Sequence record: MK327931.1
Source: Escherichia phage vB_EcoM_G17
Direction: 5' to 3' (one strand)
DNA length: 64,000 nucleotides
Each line of letters begins with the position of its first letter. The stretch's first letter is position 1. The notes beneath the pieces were generated by a model. The model did not search any database. It had not been told where the DNA came from and was given only the letters and a program-made list of their open reading frames with translations. The position numbers were made by a program, and so were the translations under genes. This document shows, piece after piece, positions 8,872 to 18,656 of the stretch.

Positions 8872-11601
8872 TTATTTCCAACGTGTACCTGGACCTGATG
8901 GTACACCAGTACTGGCAGGTATCGCTGAACCACGTTTCGTTGTACTTGGACGATATGTCAAAAAACGAGTTACTTTTTCTGTATCAATTGAAGTTATTCC
9001 TGAAGTTCCAGTAACTATCTTACCAATGTAAGTGCTAGTTAAAGATTCATCAATTGTTTCAGTACTAATAACATATGACGCTTTCTTAGTATTCCTGTTC
9101 ATTTGTATATACAAATAGAACGTAGTATTAGCTGGGTTACTTTTTACAGTACTTAAATCAACACTTTGTATAGGTAGTCTGTCGAAAATTCCACCTAAAA
9201 ACACCGGAACTTCACGTGTAAAGTACACTGAGAATCCTTGTGCAACGTCTTGTGATACTACCACAATCTTTTCTTTAACGCTACCATTTCCACTAATTAA
9301 ACCATCCATTTCAGCAGATGTTGTACCAAAAACGCTGAATACAGATTTGGTTTGATAGTCAGAATCTTGAAAATTGTAATATCCAAAACCAACACCAGGA
9401 ATAACACCATGTTGATATGCTGCACCAAGTTGGATGTAACTAGATGATAAAAAACGATTTGATGTTATGACACCATCTACTGTTTTAGCTATCATCATCT
9501 TAAATTGTGCATTACCTGGTTGTGAAAATTGATGAACAGCATCAACACCAATGTAACCAAATCCTGAATATTTTGCAACTGTTAGACCAGTACAACGTTT
9601 CATATATGCTTCAGTAATAATTCCTGTAACAGAACTAAGTGTCTCATATCTAGTACTTACCAATGTAGCTGAAGTTATGTTAGATCCAGATAATACAACA
9701 TCAACTTCGGCATAGATTGCATAACCTTGGTTATTGTTAAGATTATATGCTGAAACTACTGCAATGGATTTAGAAAAAGTATTATCAGGTACATAATATA
9801 ATACAATTTGTCCAGATAGTGTACCAACAATGCCAGAGTTTCCTAGATTAGCAAAAATATCTTGTTTTAATGATTCTAATACCGTTGGTTCTATTGTATA
9901 TGTTTCATCAAATTCTAAAGTATCTGGGTTTAATAATCCACCACTTGTTTTATATACACCTTCAATGAATGATGTTCCATAACATCTAACACTACCATCG
10001 GTATCAACAAGAGAAATCATAGCAGTGTATGTAAAATCATCACCTATTTGTTTACGATTAGATTGTGGTGCAAAACCATTTAATGTAGTATTATTTTGAA
10101 CTGAGTTATATTGATATGTTGGTTGTGAGCCTATTTCAGAAAAAACAGTATTATTATAATTATATGTTACATCATCATACGTACCAGAACATGCTAATAA
10201 TATTTTTCTATTATCGATGAAACGTACACCTAATAGGTTTGCACCAACAGCACTACCAAAAACTGGTAAAACGTTTGCATTTATAACGTTACTTGCGGAT
10301 CTAGTACTAGCAACCCATGAATCAAACGGTGTACCACTAACCTTATATCGTTGTAGACCATAAAATTCAGTTGAACTCCATCTAAATTTAGATGCAAATA
10401 CTAAACCATCTTTGGTTTGACATAAACCACCTGCGTTTCCTAATACACCAGCAGCAGTTGTCCCAGTAAAGTTGACCATATTGATTTCAAATGGGTTAGA
10501 AACTTGAAATCCATTATCATATGAAACTGTAGCAGGAGCACGAGCAGAACCATCTAGTGACATAGATTTTGAGTTTATATTATAAACAAAACTGATACCA
10601 GTACCATACACTGTTGAAATATATAAAGGTGTAACCATTCTATGGGTTGGGTATAAAGTTACACGTATTTTGGATAAATCAGTACTAACGTTTGCTTGTA
10701 TATTAAAGTCTGTATAATCCGAAAATTCTACACGTGAGACTGGTGATGTAACTTCGAATAATGAATCCGAGCTAGTACCAACACTATATAATCTATCAAA
10801 CACTCTTATGTTATTAGATGCAGAATAACTTGTATTTCGAACAGTTTGCCCTGATAATCCAGTAACTTTTGTTAATGATGCCATTGAGCTTGCTTTCACA
10901 TCACTTAGCTCTACTGTATAAATTGAAAGTGCTAATCCTAAATTAGAAACACTTTTATCTTTACACCAAATATATACTTTTGTTCCAACAATATGAGTAT
11001 ATATAGGCATATCATTACCAAAAGAAGTACTTGGTACTTTAGCATGAATATGTGATACTTCGTTGAATGTACCATTAGTTATAGTAAAAATATAATTATC
11101 TTCTGTACTTAAACATCCAAGCATTTCATAACCATTAGAGCCAATAAAATACTTAATATTCTCTGTACTACTCATAATTGAAGGTTTATACATTGAATTG
11201 GTTGAAATAACACTTTCTTGTGAAATCATGGTTATATTTCTGATTTCTCGTATAAATGAATAATAAAAACCTTTAGTACTACCATTGGTTCCGCTACGCA
11301 GAACAACGGCGGTTCCATCATCTTCAATAATTGTTGGCTGAACTACTTGGTCACTTGACATAGGTGTAGCACCTTCATACGACCCACTTACGTTTAATGG
11401 CAAGTAATCCATTTCTCCTACACGTGATATAGGCAACATATCTAAAATACTTTGAACTTCTGAACGCTTATATATTGGATATTGAACAATTCCAGTATTG
11501 GCATTCGGTGAGGTTCCATTAAAAGTACGCATAGCGTACCTTTGTCCAATTGCCAAGTTCCCAAGGATCTCGGCACTTCCTATAATTCGTTTTGATGACA
11601 T
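8872..11601 (-). CDS. tail fibre / receptor-binding protein, paralog 1
   Basis: About 910 aa, Ser/Thr/Gly/Asn-rich; N-terminus (PISxxGxxxYLPxxVSG) and C-terminal ~70 aa (VxRFxTYRPSxTxxGSxxPxSTGxPSxxGT) shared with 12217..14913; start set at Met31 of track ORF (AAGGA SD, 16 nt after upstream stop). Confidence 0.7.
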   Translation of the reverse strand: MSSKRIIGSAEILGNLAIGQRYAMRTFNGTSPNANTGIVQYPIYKRSEVQSILDMLPISRVGEMDYLPLNVSGSYEGATPMSSDQVVQPTIIEDDGTAVVLRSGTNGSTKGFYYSFIREIRNITMISQESVISTNSMYKPSIMSSTENIKYFIGSNGYEMLGCLSTEDNYIFTITNGTFNEVSHIHAKVPSTSFGNDMPIYTHIVGTKVYIWCKDKSVSNLGLALSIYTVELSDVKASSMASLTKVTGLSGQTVRNTSYSASNNIRVFDRLYSVGTSSDSLFEVTSPVSRVEFSDYTDFNIQANVSTDLSKIRVTLYPTHRMVTPLYISTVYGTGISFVYNINSKSMSLDGSARAPATVSYDNGFQVSNPFEINMVNFTGTTAAGVLGNAGGLCQTKDGLVFASKFRWSSTEFYGLQRYKVSGTPFDSWVASTRSASNVINANVLPVFGSAVGANLLGVRFIDNRKILLACSGTYDDVTYNYNNTVFSEIGSQPTYQYNSVQNNTTLNGFAPQSNRKQIGDDFTYTAMISLVDTDGSVRCYGTSFIEGVYKTSGGLLNPDTLEFDETYTIEPTVLESLKQDIFANLGNSGIVGTLSGQIVLYYVPDNTFSKSIAVVSAYNLNNNQGYAIYAEVDVVLSGSNITSATLVSTRYETLSSVTGIITEAYMKRCTGLTVAKYSGFGYIGVDAVHQFSQPGNAQFKMMIAKTVDGVITSNRFLSSSYIQLGAAYQHGVIPGVGFGYYNFQDSDYQTKSVFSVFGTTSAEMDGLISGNGSVKEKIVVVSQDVAQGFSVYFTREVPVFLGGIFDRLPIQSVDLSTVKSNPANTTFYLYIQMNRNTKKASYVISTETIDESLTSTYIGKIVTGTSGITSIDTEKVTRFLTYRPSTTKRGSAIPASTGVPSGPGTRWK

Positions 11602-11617
11602 CTTTCTTTTCCTTAAT

Positions 11618-12205
11618 TTACCAACCAATTGTACCAGTTTCTGATGGTTTTCCAGTACTGACTGGGAATGAAGAACCTTTTTGTGTAACACTAGGTCTAT
11701 ATGTACTAAATCTGGATACTTTATTAATGTTTATATTTGTAATACCACTTGTACCAACGGTCAGTGTTCCAATAAACATTATAATTTCAGATTCTTGTAT
11801 TTGTGTTGGTGATATTTTATAAATTGGTTCACCGAGAACTAACGTTGCATATACATATTGTGTTTGTGTTCCAGATGAAACAGTTGAAGCAAAAATAGAA
11901 ACTGCTGGAAATTTATAAAGATAACCACCAATAAATGATGGTATCTGTCTATTAAATGTAAGACTATAGCCTGATGAAGTAATATTTAGACTAGCGTCAT
12001 CATACAATTCTCCGTATTGTGTAAGTGGTAATCCATTGACAATAAAGTTAACTTCATCTTTGGTAATAGAGGGGAATGTACATTCCCCATTTGAATTTGT
12101 TGGGTAATAAGTCATATTATTACCTAATACACCAAGTCCAGTACTTTTACCCTGTACTGTAACTTGTTGCATTGCCTTAAGGTCTGCTCTTATTTTAAAT
12201 GCCAT
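11618..12205 (-). CDS. short tail-fibre-related protein sharing the conserved C-terminal domain
   Basis: 195 aa; C-terminus KVSRFSTYRPSVTQKGSSFPVSTGKPSETGTIGW aligns with the C-termini of both long fibre proteins. Confidence 0.6.
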   Translation of the reverse strand: MAFKIRADLKAMQQVTVQGKSTGLGVLGNNMTYYPTNSNGECTFPSITKDEVNFIVNGLPLTQYGELYDDASLNITSSGYSLTFNRQIPSFIGGYLYKFPAVSIFASTVSSGTQTQYVYATLVLGEPIYKISPTQIQESEIIMFIGTLTVGTSGITNININKVSRFSTYRPSVTQKGSSFPVSTGKPSETGTIGW

Positions 12206-12216
12206 TATGTAATCCT

Positions 12217-14913
12217 TTACCAGTTTATGGTTCCTGTTTGTGATGGTAGACCGTAGCTAACTGGGAACGATGAACCTGCTGATTCAAGTGAAGCACCAAA
12301 TATATCTAAACGTGAACGTTTTTGTATATTAATAGTTTCGATTTGAATTGCGTTAGTTTGAATAGTACCTATCCAAAAAATATTATATGCAGTTGTTCCT
12401 GTTTCGGAAATAACATCAGTAGTTATGTAGTAGTTTGCCAACCCTTGTTCTAATTTAACATATACATAAAATGTTGTATTTGCTGGATTAGATTTTATAG
12501 TTCTCAAATCAATATTTGAAACTGGTAGTGTAAAAGACTTACCTGATAGTATAACTGGTGTTTCCTCTGTAAAATAAACAATAAACCCTTGAGCAACGTC
12601 TTGTGATACTACGTTAATTGGGCTACCTTGTGGAGTCCAGTTATTATAGTCGGCTATCGTTGTTCCATATTTTTGAAATGACATTTTATTTGTATAATCC
12701 AGTGGATCAAAAATACCAAATCCAATACCAGGCAACGCAGTGGGTTGTCTTCCTTGTTCATAACTGGCATGAGAACCAGTAATAACAAAACTTGTAAATT
12801 GTGCAGTTGATTTAGTTACATATGCTCTAAATTGATGAGTTGCTGTATTTCCTATTGTTGGATGTGTTAATGGGTCAGAACCACCAATGAAGTAGAATGA
12901 ACCACCATCATAAATTGTTAACCCAACAGAAGAAGATGCAATCGAACCATTACCATTAGGTGTAAAGTTTTCACCATATGTATTTTCTAGTACTAAACGC
13001 TTAAAGGTAATAGATGTTATATTTCCAACTCTAGTATTAACGTTAACTTCAGCAATTCTAATATAGTTTTTATAGTCATTTGTTATAGTACTCAACATAA
13101 CAAAAGCCGGAATGTCAGTTTGTTGTGGAACAAATAATGTCATATCACGATAAGCTTGTGAAGATAAGTTCCAGTCACTTAGAACTTTAGCATATTCTGT
13201 ATTTCTAAAGTTATCTAGAACTGATTGTGTAACACTAATAACACCAGTACCATTTAAGTTTTTATCATATGAAAATGATTGTGAATAACGTTGACCAACC
13301 ATAAAAATACCGCCATTAGTTGTTACAGTTGAACCTGAAATACTACTAATGAAAATTCTATTATTGGCATTATCATCTACATAACCACGTTCAGTTGTAG
13401 GTTCATAACCTTGTATGGTTCCTAAAGATAATGATTTAAATGTAAAATTAGGAGTACTTTTATGAACTGCATATGATGGTCTAAACCCACCACTACCAGA
13501 CGCACGTGAATATTGTTTAGTACTATTATCTGGTAACAACTCCACACCATTAATAAATGAACCAACTGCTGAACCAAAGGATGGTCTAACAACTCCACCT
13601 TTAAAATCAGTTGATTGTACTGCACGAACGTTAATCATACTATAAACAATTTGTATAGGAAACTTTGCTTTTTGCATAAGTAATGGTTCTGCTAAGTTTG
13701 GACACACAGTACAAAAAGCTTCACCTGAACTTAAGTAAAAATAAGAACTATAAATGTTTCTTGCATTAGCATGATTATATAATGGATCATTATTTAAAAC
13801 GTTACCTGTAGGCACTAATGCAGAACCAGTATTGGTTATAACCAATGGTGCTTGATATGAACCTATGTCATTCCCAGCGTCTAGGGTGCATTGTTTAGTA
13901 CTCATATTAAATGCAAAGCTGTAGCTATGTTGTGGTCGGGCATTATATGTCGCCATTGTAAACCATGCATCACCATTCATTCTAAAACGAAAGTTCTGTG
14001 TTCCTGGTTGCTGTGCAACATACAAATCAATGGATGTCATATAAATCCCAATACCACGTAGGTTTTGTGGTACATACACATAAGGCTTATCTGCTATATT
14101 AGTTGAAGTTACTTGATTAGTAATAACCATGTTATTCTGTGCAGAATAAGTTGTATTATAGAATGTTTTTGTAGTCCATCCTGTAATACGAGTTGCCGTA
14201 TATGTTCCATTGCTAATATTATATACAACTCGGACAACAACTAACTGTAGTTGGTTATTTTCATTAAGAACACTAAAGACATAGATTGAACCATCTTCAG
14301 CCATCATTGCAAATTCTATACCACCTTCAGGGCAAATATCTGCTTGATTTACAAAAAAACCAGTATGTAATTTATCATCTAATGTACCATTAGTAATAGA
14401 AATAAACAATCCATTAGTACTGTTAGAAGTGTCTACATATCTACCGAGTAAAATATTTGGATCAGTATTGTATAAGCCAATTGCGACGCGATTTGAACCG
14501 AAAAAACCAGGCTTGTATTGACGACTGGTGTTAATTGTACGGCTCATGTCATCAACTGATAATGCGTTAGCCAAATATGAATAATATAATCCCTCAACAC
14601 TACCGTTTGTACCACTACGTAATAATACGAGTGTACCATCGTTTTCTAATAAAATTTTATTTCTACGTTGGGACTGGTTTTCAGATGCACCATTGAAATC
14701 ACCAGATACACCAGCAGGAAGATAGTTTTGTGACCCATAATGGGAAATTGGCATCATACTGACGATATCTAGTACTTCATCTCTTGAATAAGTATCTAGC
14801 TCCATATTGCCATTAGCATCAAATACTTGATCATTGATACCTTGTATTGTTCTTTTACCATTAACTGTCACATTATGTGTGACATCCAAGCCACCATATA
14901 TTTTCTTTGACAT
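12217..14913 (-). CDS. tail fibre / receptor-binding protein, paralog 2
   Basis: 898 aa; same composition and shared termini as paralog 1; AAGGGA SD upstream; TATAAATA motif 35 nt upstream. Confidence 0.7.
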   Translation of the reverse strand: MSKKIYGGLDVTHNVTVNGKRTIQGINDQVFDANGNMELDTYSRDEVLDIVSMMPISHYGSQNYLPAGVSGDFNGASENQSQRRNKILLENDGTLVLLRSGTNGSVEGLYYSYLANALSVDDMSRTINTSRQYKPGFFGSNRVAIGLYNTDPNILLGRYVDTSNSTNGLFISITNGTLDDKLHTGFFVNQADICPEGGIEFAMMAEDGSIYVFSVLNENNQLQLVVVRVVYNISNGTYTATRITGWTTKTFYNTTYSAQNNMVITNQVTSTNIADKPYVYVPQNLRGIGIYMTSIDLYVAQQPGTQNFRFRMNGDAWFTMATYNARPQHSYSFAFNMSTKQCTLDAGNDIGSYQAPLVITNTGSALVPTGNVLNNDPLYNHANARNIYSSYFYLSSGEAFCTVCPNLAEPLLMQKAKFPIQIVYSMINVRAVQSTDFKGGVVRPSFGSAVGSFINGVELLPDNSTKQYSRASGSGGFRPSYAVHKSTPNFTFKSLSLGTIQGYEPTTERGYVDDNANNRIFISSISGSTVTTNGGIFMVGQRYSQSFSYDKNLNGTGVISVTQSVLDNFRNTEYAKVLSDWNLSSQAYRDMTLFVPQQTDIPAFVMLSTITNDYKNYIRIAEVNVNTRVGNITSITFKRLVLENTYGENFTPNGNGSIASSSVGLTIYDGGSFYFIGGSDPLTHPTIGNTATHQFRAYVTKSTAQFTSFVITGSHASYEQGRQPTALPGIGFGIFDPLDYTNKMSFQKYGTTIADYNNWTPQGSPINVVSQDVAQGFIVYFTEETPVILSGKSFTLPVSNIDLRTIKSNPANTTFYVYVKLEQGLANYYITTDVISETGTTAYNIFWIGTIQTNAIQIETINIQKRSRLDIFGASLESAGSSFPVSYGLPSQTGTINW

Positions 14914-14947
14914 TATATATCCCTTATAAATTAGATATTAGTTAATG

Positions 14948-14955
14948 TATTTATA
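14948..14955 (-). promoter_or_regulatory. T4-type late-promoter-like TATAAATA element upstream of the tail-fibre operon
   Basis: Exact TATAAATA on coding strand about 35 nt upstream of the start at 14913, just after the nrdG terminator; only clear copy seen in the window. Confidence 0.4.
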
Positions 14956-14960
14956 TACAT

Positions 14961-14986
14961 AACAAAAAAGCACCCAATGGGTGCTT
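14961..14986 (-). terminator. rho-independent terminator after nrdG
   Basis: Stem AAGCACCCA/TGGGTGCTT (14968-14986) followed on minus strand by a T-rich run. Confidence 0.55.
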
Positions 14987-14989
14987 ATG

Positions 14990-15460
14990 TTAAAAATCTT
15001 TATTTTTATATAGTATTCTTTGATTATTTGAACCACGGAAAGGTAATTTTAAATTCTTTTCGGACTCGATAAACTTACCATCAACTAATACATCTAAGTA
15101 CTGAAGTATATCTTTAGCATGATTTTTCATAATCTCATCTAAAGTATACCCACTCCAGCACCAAATAGTTTTACTAGGATAAGTTTCTTTAACTACTTTG
15201 CATAGATTTAAAACTTCATCTATATTCTTTTTCATTAATGGATCGCCGCCTAGAAGTGACAAACCACTAACATATGGTTTTTTTAGTTCCTGTAGTATAA
15301 TCTCAACTGTTTCAGTACTGAACTCTTGTCCACTTCGGTAGTCCCATGCTTCTTCATTGAAGCAACCATCACATCCGTGCGAACACCCACTAACAAATAA
15401 AGAGCAGCGAACGCCCTCTCCATTTACTAAATCATCCTTGATTATCGTCTGGTAATTCAT
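14990..15460 (-). CDS. nrdG: anaerobic ribonucleoside-triphosphate reductase activating protein (radical SAM)
   Basis: Collinear with E. coli/T4 NrdG as recalled: VNGEGVRCSLFVSGCSHGCDGCFN, LSLLGGDPL, WCWSGYTLDE, VLVDGKF. Confidence 0.9.
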   Translation of the reverse strand: MNYQTIIKDDLVNGEGVRCSLFVSGCSHGCDGCFNEEAWDYRSGQEFSTETVEIILQELKKPYVSGLSLLGGDPLMKKNIDEVLNLCKVVKETYPSKTIWCWSGYTLDEIMKNHAKDILQYLDVLVDGKFIESEKNLKLPFRGSNNQRILYKNKDF

Positions 15461-15764
15461 CTAATATTGCACTCACTATTTCGACAAGAACATCGCCGTG
15501 ACATGATTTTGGTTTACAGAAACAACCAAGGCGTTTCCCTGCGAGTTCAAGTAATTCATCAATCTTAACTTCTCCACAAGAAATACGTTCAATAATGTAT
15601 TCTCTGAATTTTTCAATTGATTCTTCTCTTGTACTAACAATGAATTCGGCTTTAGTTTGTTTATCTTTAATATGGGTAAATGGGTTTCCCCATTTAGACC
15701 CACGTCCAATATACACATCATACGGTTCTTTGTATTTGTTAACCACAATTGGCTTTAAATCCAT
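15432..15764 (-). CDS. hypothetical protein with YIGRGSKWGNPF and CFCxPxxCHGD motifs
   Basis: 110-aa ORF between nrdD and nrdG; motifs as stated; family assignment not verified. Confidence 0.5.
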   Translation of the reverse strand: MDLKPIVVNKYKEPYDVYIGRGSKWGNPFTHIKDKQTKAEFIVSTREESIEKFREYIIERISCGEVKIDELLELAGKRLGCFCKPKSCHGDVLVEIVSAILDELPDDNQG

Positions 15765-15772
15765 AATTTACC

Positions 15773-17641
15773 TTATTTGTGCTGAATACGCTCACAACAC
15801 TCTTGTTGTTTGCCTTTATTGAATCCACGCGAAGAAGGATTACCCAAGTAACCAGAAACACGACGAATCACTGAGATTGTCTTCTCATTACGATTATCAC
15901 ATACCGGACAGTGGAAACCATGTTTATCTACACTGAACTCACCCTGGAAGCCACATTCATAACAATGGTCAACTGGTTGGTTAATACCAAAATATGGTAT
16001 CTTAGTGTACGCATAGTTAACTAATGTTTCAAGTGCTTGAATGTTGTTTGCTAAGTTTGGAGATTCAACATAACTGATGTTTCCACCGTTACTTAGGTAA
16101 GCAAACCCTTCTTCATAACTCCATTTATCAAATGGAGAACTTTCTACCCATACTGGTTGATGGAAGGAATTTGTGATGTAATCACGTTTTAGTACTGAAG
16201 GATATTTTGCTTCAATGCAACGTGCAAATTTATAACAAAGCGACTCTGCTGGAGTTCCATATAGACTAAAAGCAATATTACTTTCTTTTTTGAACTCATC
16301 ACATTTTACTTTCATATAATTCAGTACTGACATACAAAACTCCTTACTGATAGAACCAGTGAGGATTTCTGAACATTCAACAAGACCAACATAACCAATA
16401 CTAATACTAGCATAACCATTGTAAAATAGCTTGTCAATGGTTTCTTCTGCACCTAAACGTGCTAATGCACCTTCCATGAACAAAATTGGATTCTGCTTCG
16501 CTTTAGTGCCTTTTAAACGCTCCACACGGTTCATCTGAGCACGATATGCAATATTCATGTGCTCGTCTATCTTATCAAAAAACTCTCCATCAGAAGCACT
16601 CTCAAGAGCAATTAGAGGTAAATTGATAGAAACTACGCCTAAATTGAAACGACCGTTGTATTGTTCATTTCCATTTGAATCTTCCCATTTTCCTAAGAAT
16701 GAACGACAGCCCATCGGTGTTACAGCAGTACTACTACTTCCAGTCACTTTGTGATTTAATGGAACTGAAACAAAGTCTGGGTAGATTCGTTTTGATGCAC
16801 AACGCATAGCTAACTGTTTAAGGTCATAATTACTATCATTGGTATTCATGTTTATACCATCTTGTAAAAAGAAAATTACTTTAGGAAACACTGGAGTAAT
16901 CTTATCTTTACCTAAACCATTCTCATGAACTTTTAAGTACTGTTCAGTGATTAATTTACCAAATTTAGAAGTATTAAGCCCTAAACTAAGAGAAATGAAT
17001 GCAGCTTGTCCATTAGTGCTAATCATTGAATTAGTCTGGTAAAGTAATGTTTGACATCCATCGTATACTTCTTTTCGTAATTCTTCTTCAATGAACTCAT
17101 CACTTAGATTATATTTCTTTTGTTTTTCTAACAGCTTATCCCATGACTTTTGGACGTAAGGTTCAAGACCAACGTCAATATGAGCCAACGATTGTCCACC
17201 GTACTGGGAACTGGCAACAGCTTGGACAATTTGTGTCAGTACTGTGCAAGCTACACTGAAACTTTTTGGTTCTTCAATTTTAGCACAACCAATAGTGAAG
17301 CCGTTTTTAAGCATATCAGGATAGTTAACCAAGCAACAATTGGTCAATGGGCTAATATAGTAATCTAAATCATGAATATGACCATATCCATCATTATGCC
17401 ATTGCATTAACTCGGTGGGAATAACATCTTGTGAATAATGCTTAGATAGAATACCTGCTAGTAAATCTCTATGTGTATTGACGCATTTTGCATCTTTATT
17501 AGCGTTTTCATTAGTAAGATCAGTATTACTCTGATTTAGGAAATTTGTTACATCGGTATATAATTTATCTAATTGCATTGTACATTCCTTGTATTTTGAA
17601 ATCATCTGGGGGTGAAGATATTTAATATCACCAGACAACAT
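15773..17641 (-). CDS. nrdD: anaerobic ribonucleoside-triphosphate reductase (class III, glycyl-radical enzyme)
   Basis: 622 aa; C-terminal glycyl-radical motif RVSGYLG and Cys cluster (CYECGFQ...CPVCDN); directly upstream of nrdG. Confidence 0.9.
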   Translation of the reverse strand: MLSGDIKYLHPQMISKYKECTMQLDKLYTDVTNFLNQSNTDLTNENANKDAKCVNTHRDLLAGILSKHYSQDVIPTELMQWHNDGYGHIHDLDYYISPLTNCCLVNYPDMLKNGFTIGCAKIEEPKSFSVACTVLTQIVQAVASSQYGGQSLAHIDVGLEPYVQKSWDKLLEKQKKYNLSDEFIEEELRKEVYDGCQTLLYQTNSMISTNGQAAFISLSLGLNTSKFGKLITEQYLKVHENGLGKDKITPVFPKVIFFLQDGINMNTNDSNYDLKQLAMRCASKRIYPDFVSVPLNHKVTGSSSTAVTPMGCRSFLGKWEDSNGNEQYNGRFNLGVVSINLPLIALESASDGEFFDKIDEHMNIAYRAQMNRVERLKGTKAKQNPILFMEGALARLGAEETIDKLFYNGYASISIGYVGLVECSEILTGSISKEFCMSVLNYMKVKCDEFKKESNIAFSLYGTPAESLCYKFARCIEAKYPSVLKRDYITNSFHQPVWVESSPFDKWSYEEGFAYLSNGGNISYVESPNLANNIQALETLVNYAYTKIPYFGINQPVDHCYECGFQGEFSVDKHGFHCPVCDNRNEKTISVIRRVSGYLGNPSSRGFNKGKQQECCERIQHK

Positions 17642-17666
17642 TATAGCGTCAGAACAGGTTATTTCT

Positions 17667-17682
17667 CTTGACCTATATCAAG
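17667..17682 (-). promoter_or_regulatory. inverted repeat upstream of nrdD (possible operator or 5'-UTR hairpin)
   Basis: CTTGA-N6-TCAAG about 30 nt upstream of the nrdD start; core TTGAC-N4-ATCAA is one mismatch from the FNR half-site consensus TTGAT-N4-ATCAA. Confidence 0.2.
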
Positions 17683-17716
17683 GAAAAGTCACATTGCTTT
17701 TTATTTGCACAAATAG

Positions 17717-17744
17717 AAAAAGCACCACAAGGGTGCTTTTAAAG
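17717..17744. terminator. bidirectional terminator-like hairpin
   Basis: Stem AAAAGCACC/GGTGCTTTT with 5-nt loop, A-rich on one side and T-rich on the other. Confidence 0.5.
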
Positions 17745-17841
17745 TACTGCTAATATAACAACTGCCCAAATTAGCAGTAATACATTGGTTGGTGCGGAAA
17801 AAAGCATATATGCAGCAAGTGCACTGCAACCTATGACAAGT

Positions 17842-18078
17842 TTAGCTAGTCTCATCTGGACTCCATGTAATAGTTACTGTGAACGTCCCTTCTTGAAAAC
17901 CAAACTCATCTTGTGGGATTTGTTCAGCTAATGGGTTAAATCTTGAATCGAAGGCTTCATGCACATCTCTCTGAATATCATAGAGACTTTCACCATCGTA
18001 TTCTTTTTTAAAGATTTCATTCTGCATTGATACGTAACGACCCTCGTATTCTGTCTGGATAGCCATCAAATAGTTCAA
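17842..18078 (-). CDS. hypothetical protein (start probably internal)
   Basis: ORF; track start overlaps upstream gene by 62 nt. Confidence 0.4.
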   Translation of the reverse strand: MNYLMAIQTEYEGRYVSMQNEIFKKEYDGESLYDIQRDVHEAFDSRFNPLAEQIPQDEFGFQEGTFTVTITWSPDETS

Positions 18079-18427
18079 TAAGTTGGTTTAACGCATAAGA
18101 ACTGAAGAATGGATTATTCTTTGCAATTTCTATTCGTTTTTCAATATCCATTAATATAATCTCTGGTCTACTGAAATTACCTTTACGTCTATATGTTAGT
18201 AAACGCTCTTTGTGTCCGTTGAACTGAAATTCAAAATATGTTGATGATGTATAATCACTTCCATCAGGAATCGGAATTGAGAAATCAACATTGTACTTAT
18301 AACCAAATGCAAAAAAATAACCACCATCTTCGAACGGTATAGTTGTATCATTTAGGTGGAAATCTATTTCATCTCCTAATATATCAAATATCTTGGTACT
18401 TAGAGACATAAAATCATCGGCTAACAT
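18017..18427 (-). CDS. hypothetical protein
   Basis: ORF co-oriented in dense minus-strand array. Confidence 0.5.
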   Translation of the reverse strand: MLADDFMSLSTKIFDILGDEIDFHLNDTTIPFEDGGYFFAFGYKYNVDFSIPIPDGSDYTSSTYFEFQFNGHKERLLTYRRKGNFSRPEIILMDIEKRIEIAKNNPFFSSYALNQLIELFDGYPDRIRGSLRINAE

Positions 18428-18437
18428 TTTTTTTACC

Positions 18438-18656
18438 TTATTTTATAACTCGACAGTAGTACTGAATAATGTAAGGAAATAATGGATTATTCACGTATGT
18501 AGCGAAATTAGCTATTGTAACTTTTTTATAGTACGAATTATGAATTGTTATAAGAGTGTGGGGATCTATTGATTCTCTATTAGAGAGTTCAACATAACGC
18601 CCACACTTCATATAAGCCTTACCATAATAATCGTAAATTATGTCATATTTTTCCAT
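18438..18656 (-). CDS. hypothetical protein
   Basis: 72-aa ORF abutting neighbours. Confidence 0.4.
   Translation of the reverse strand: MEKYDIIYDYYGKAYMKCGRYVELSNRESIDPHTLITIHNSYYKKVTIANFATYVNNPLFPYIIQYYCRVIK

Noticed and set aside
11592-13625. ORFs 11592..11822 (+) and 13422..13625 (-) within the tail-fibre genes
   Set aside because: Embedded in or antisense to the large fibre ORFs; low-complexity translations.
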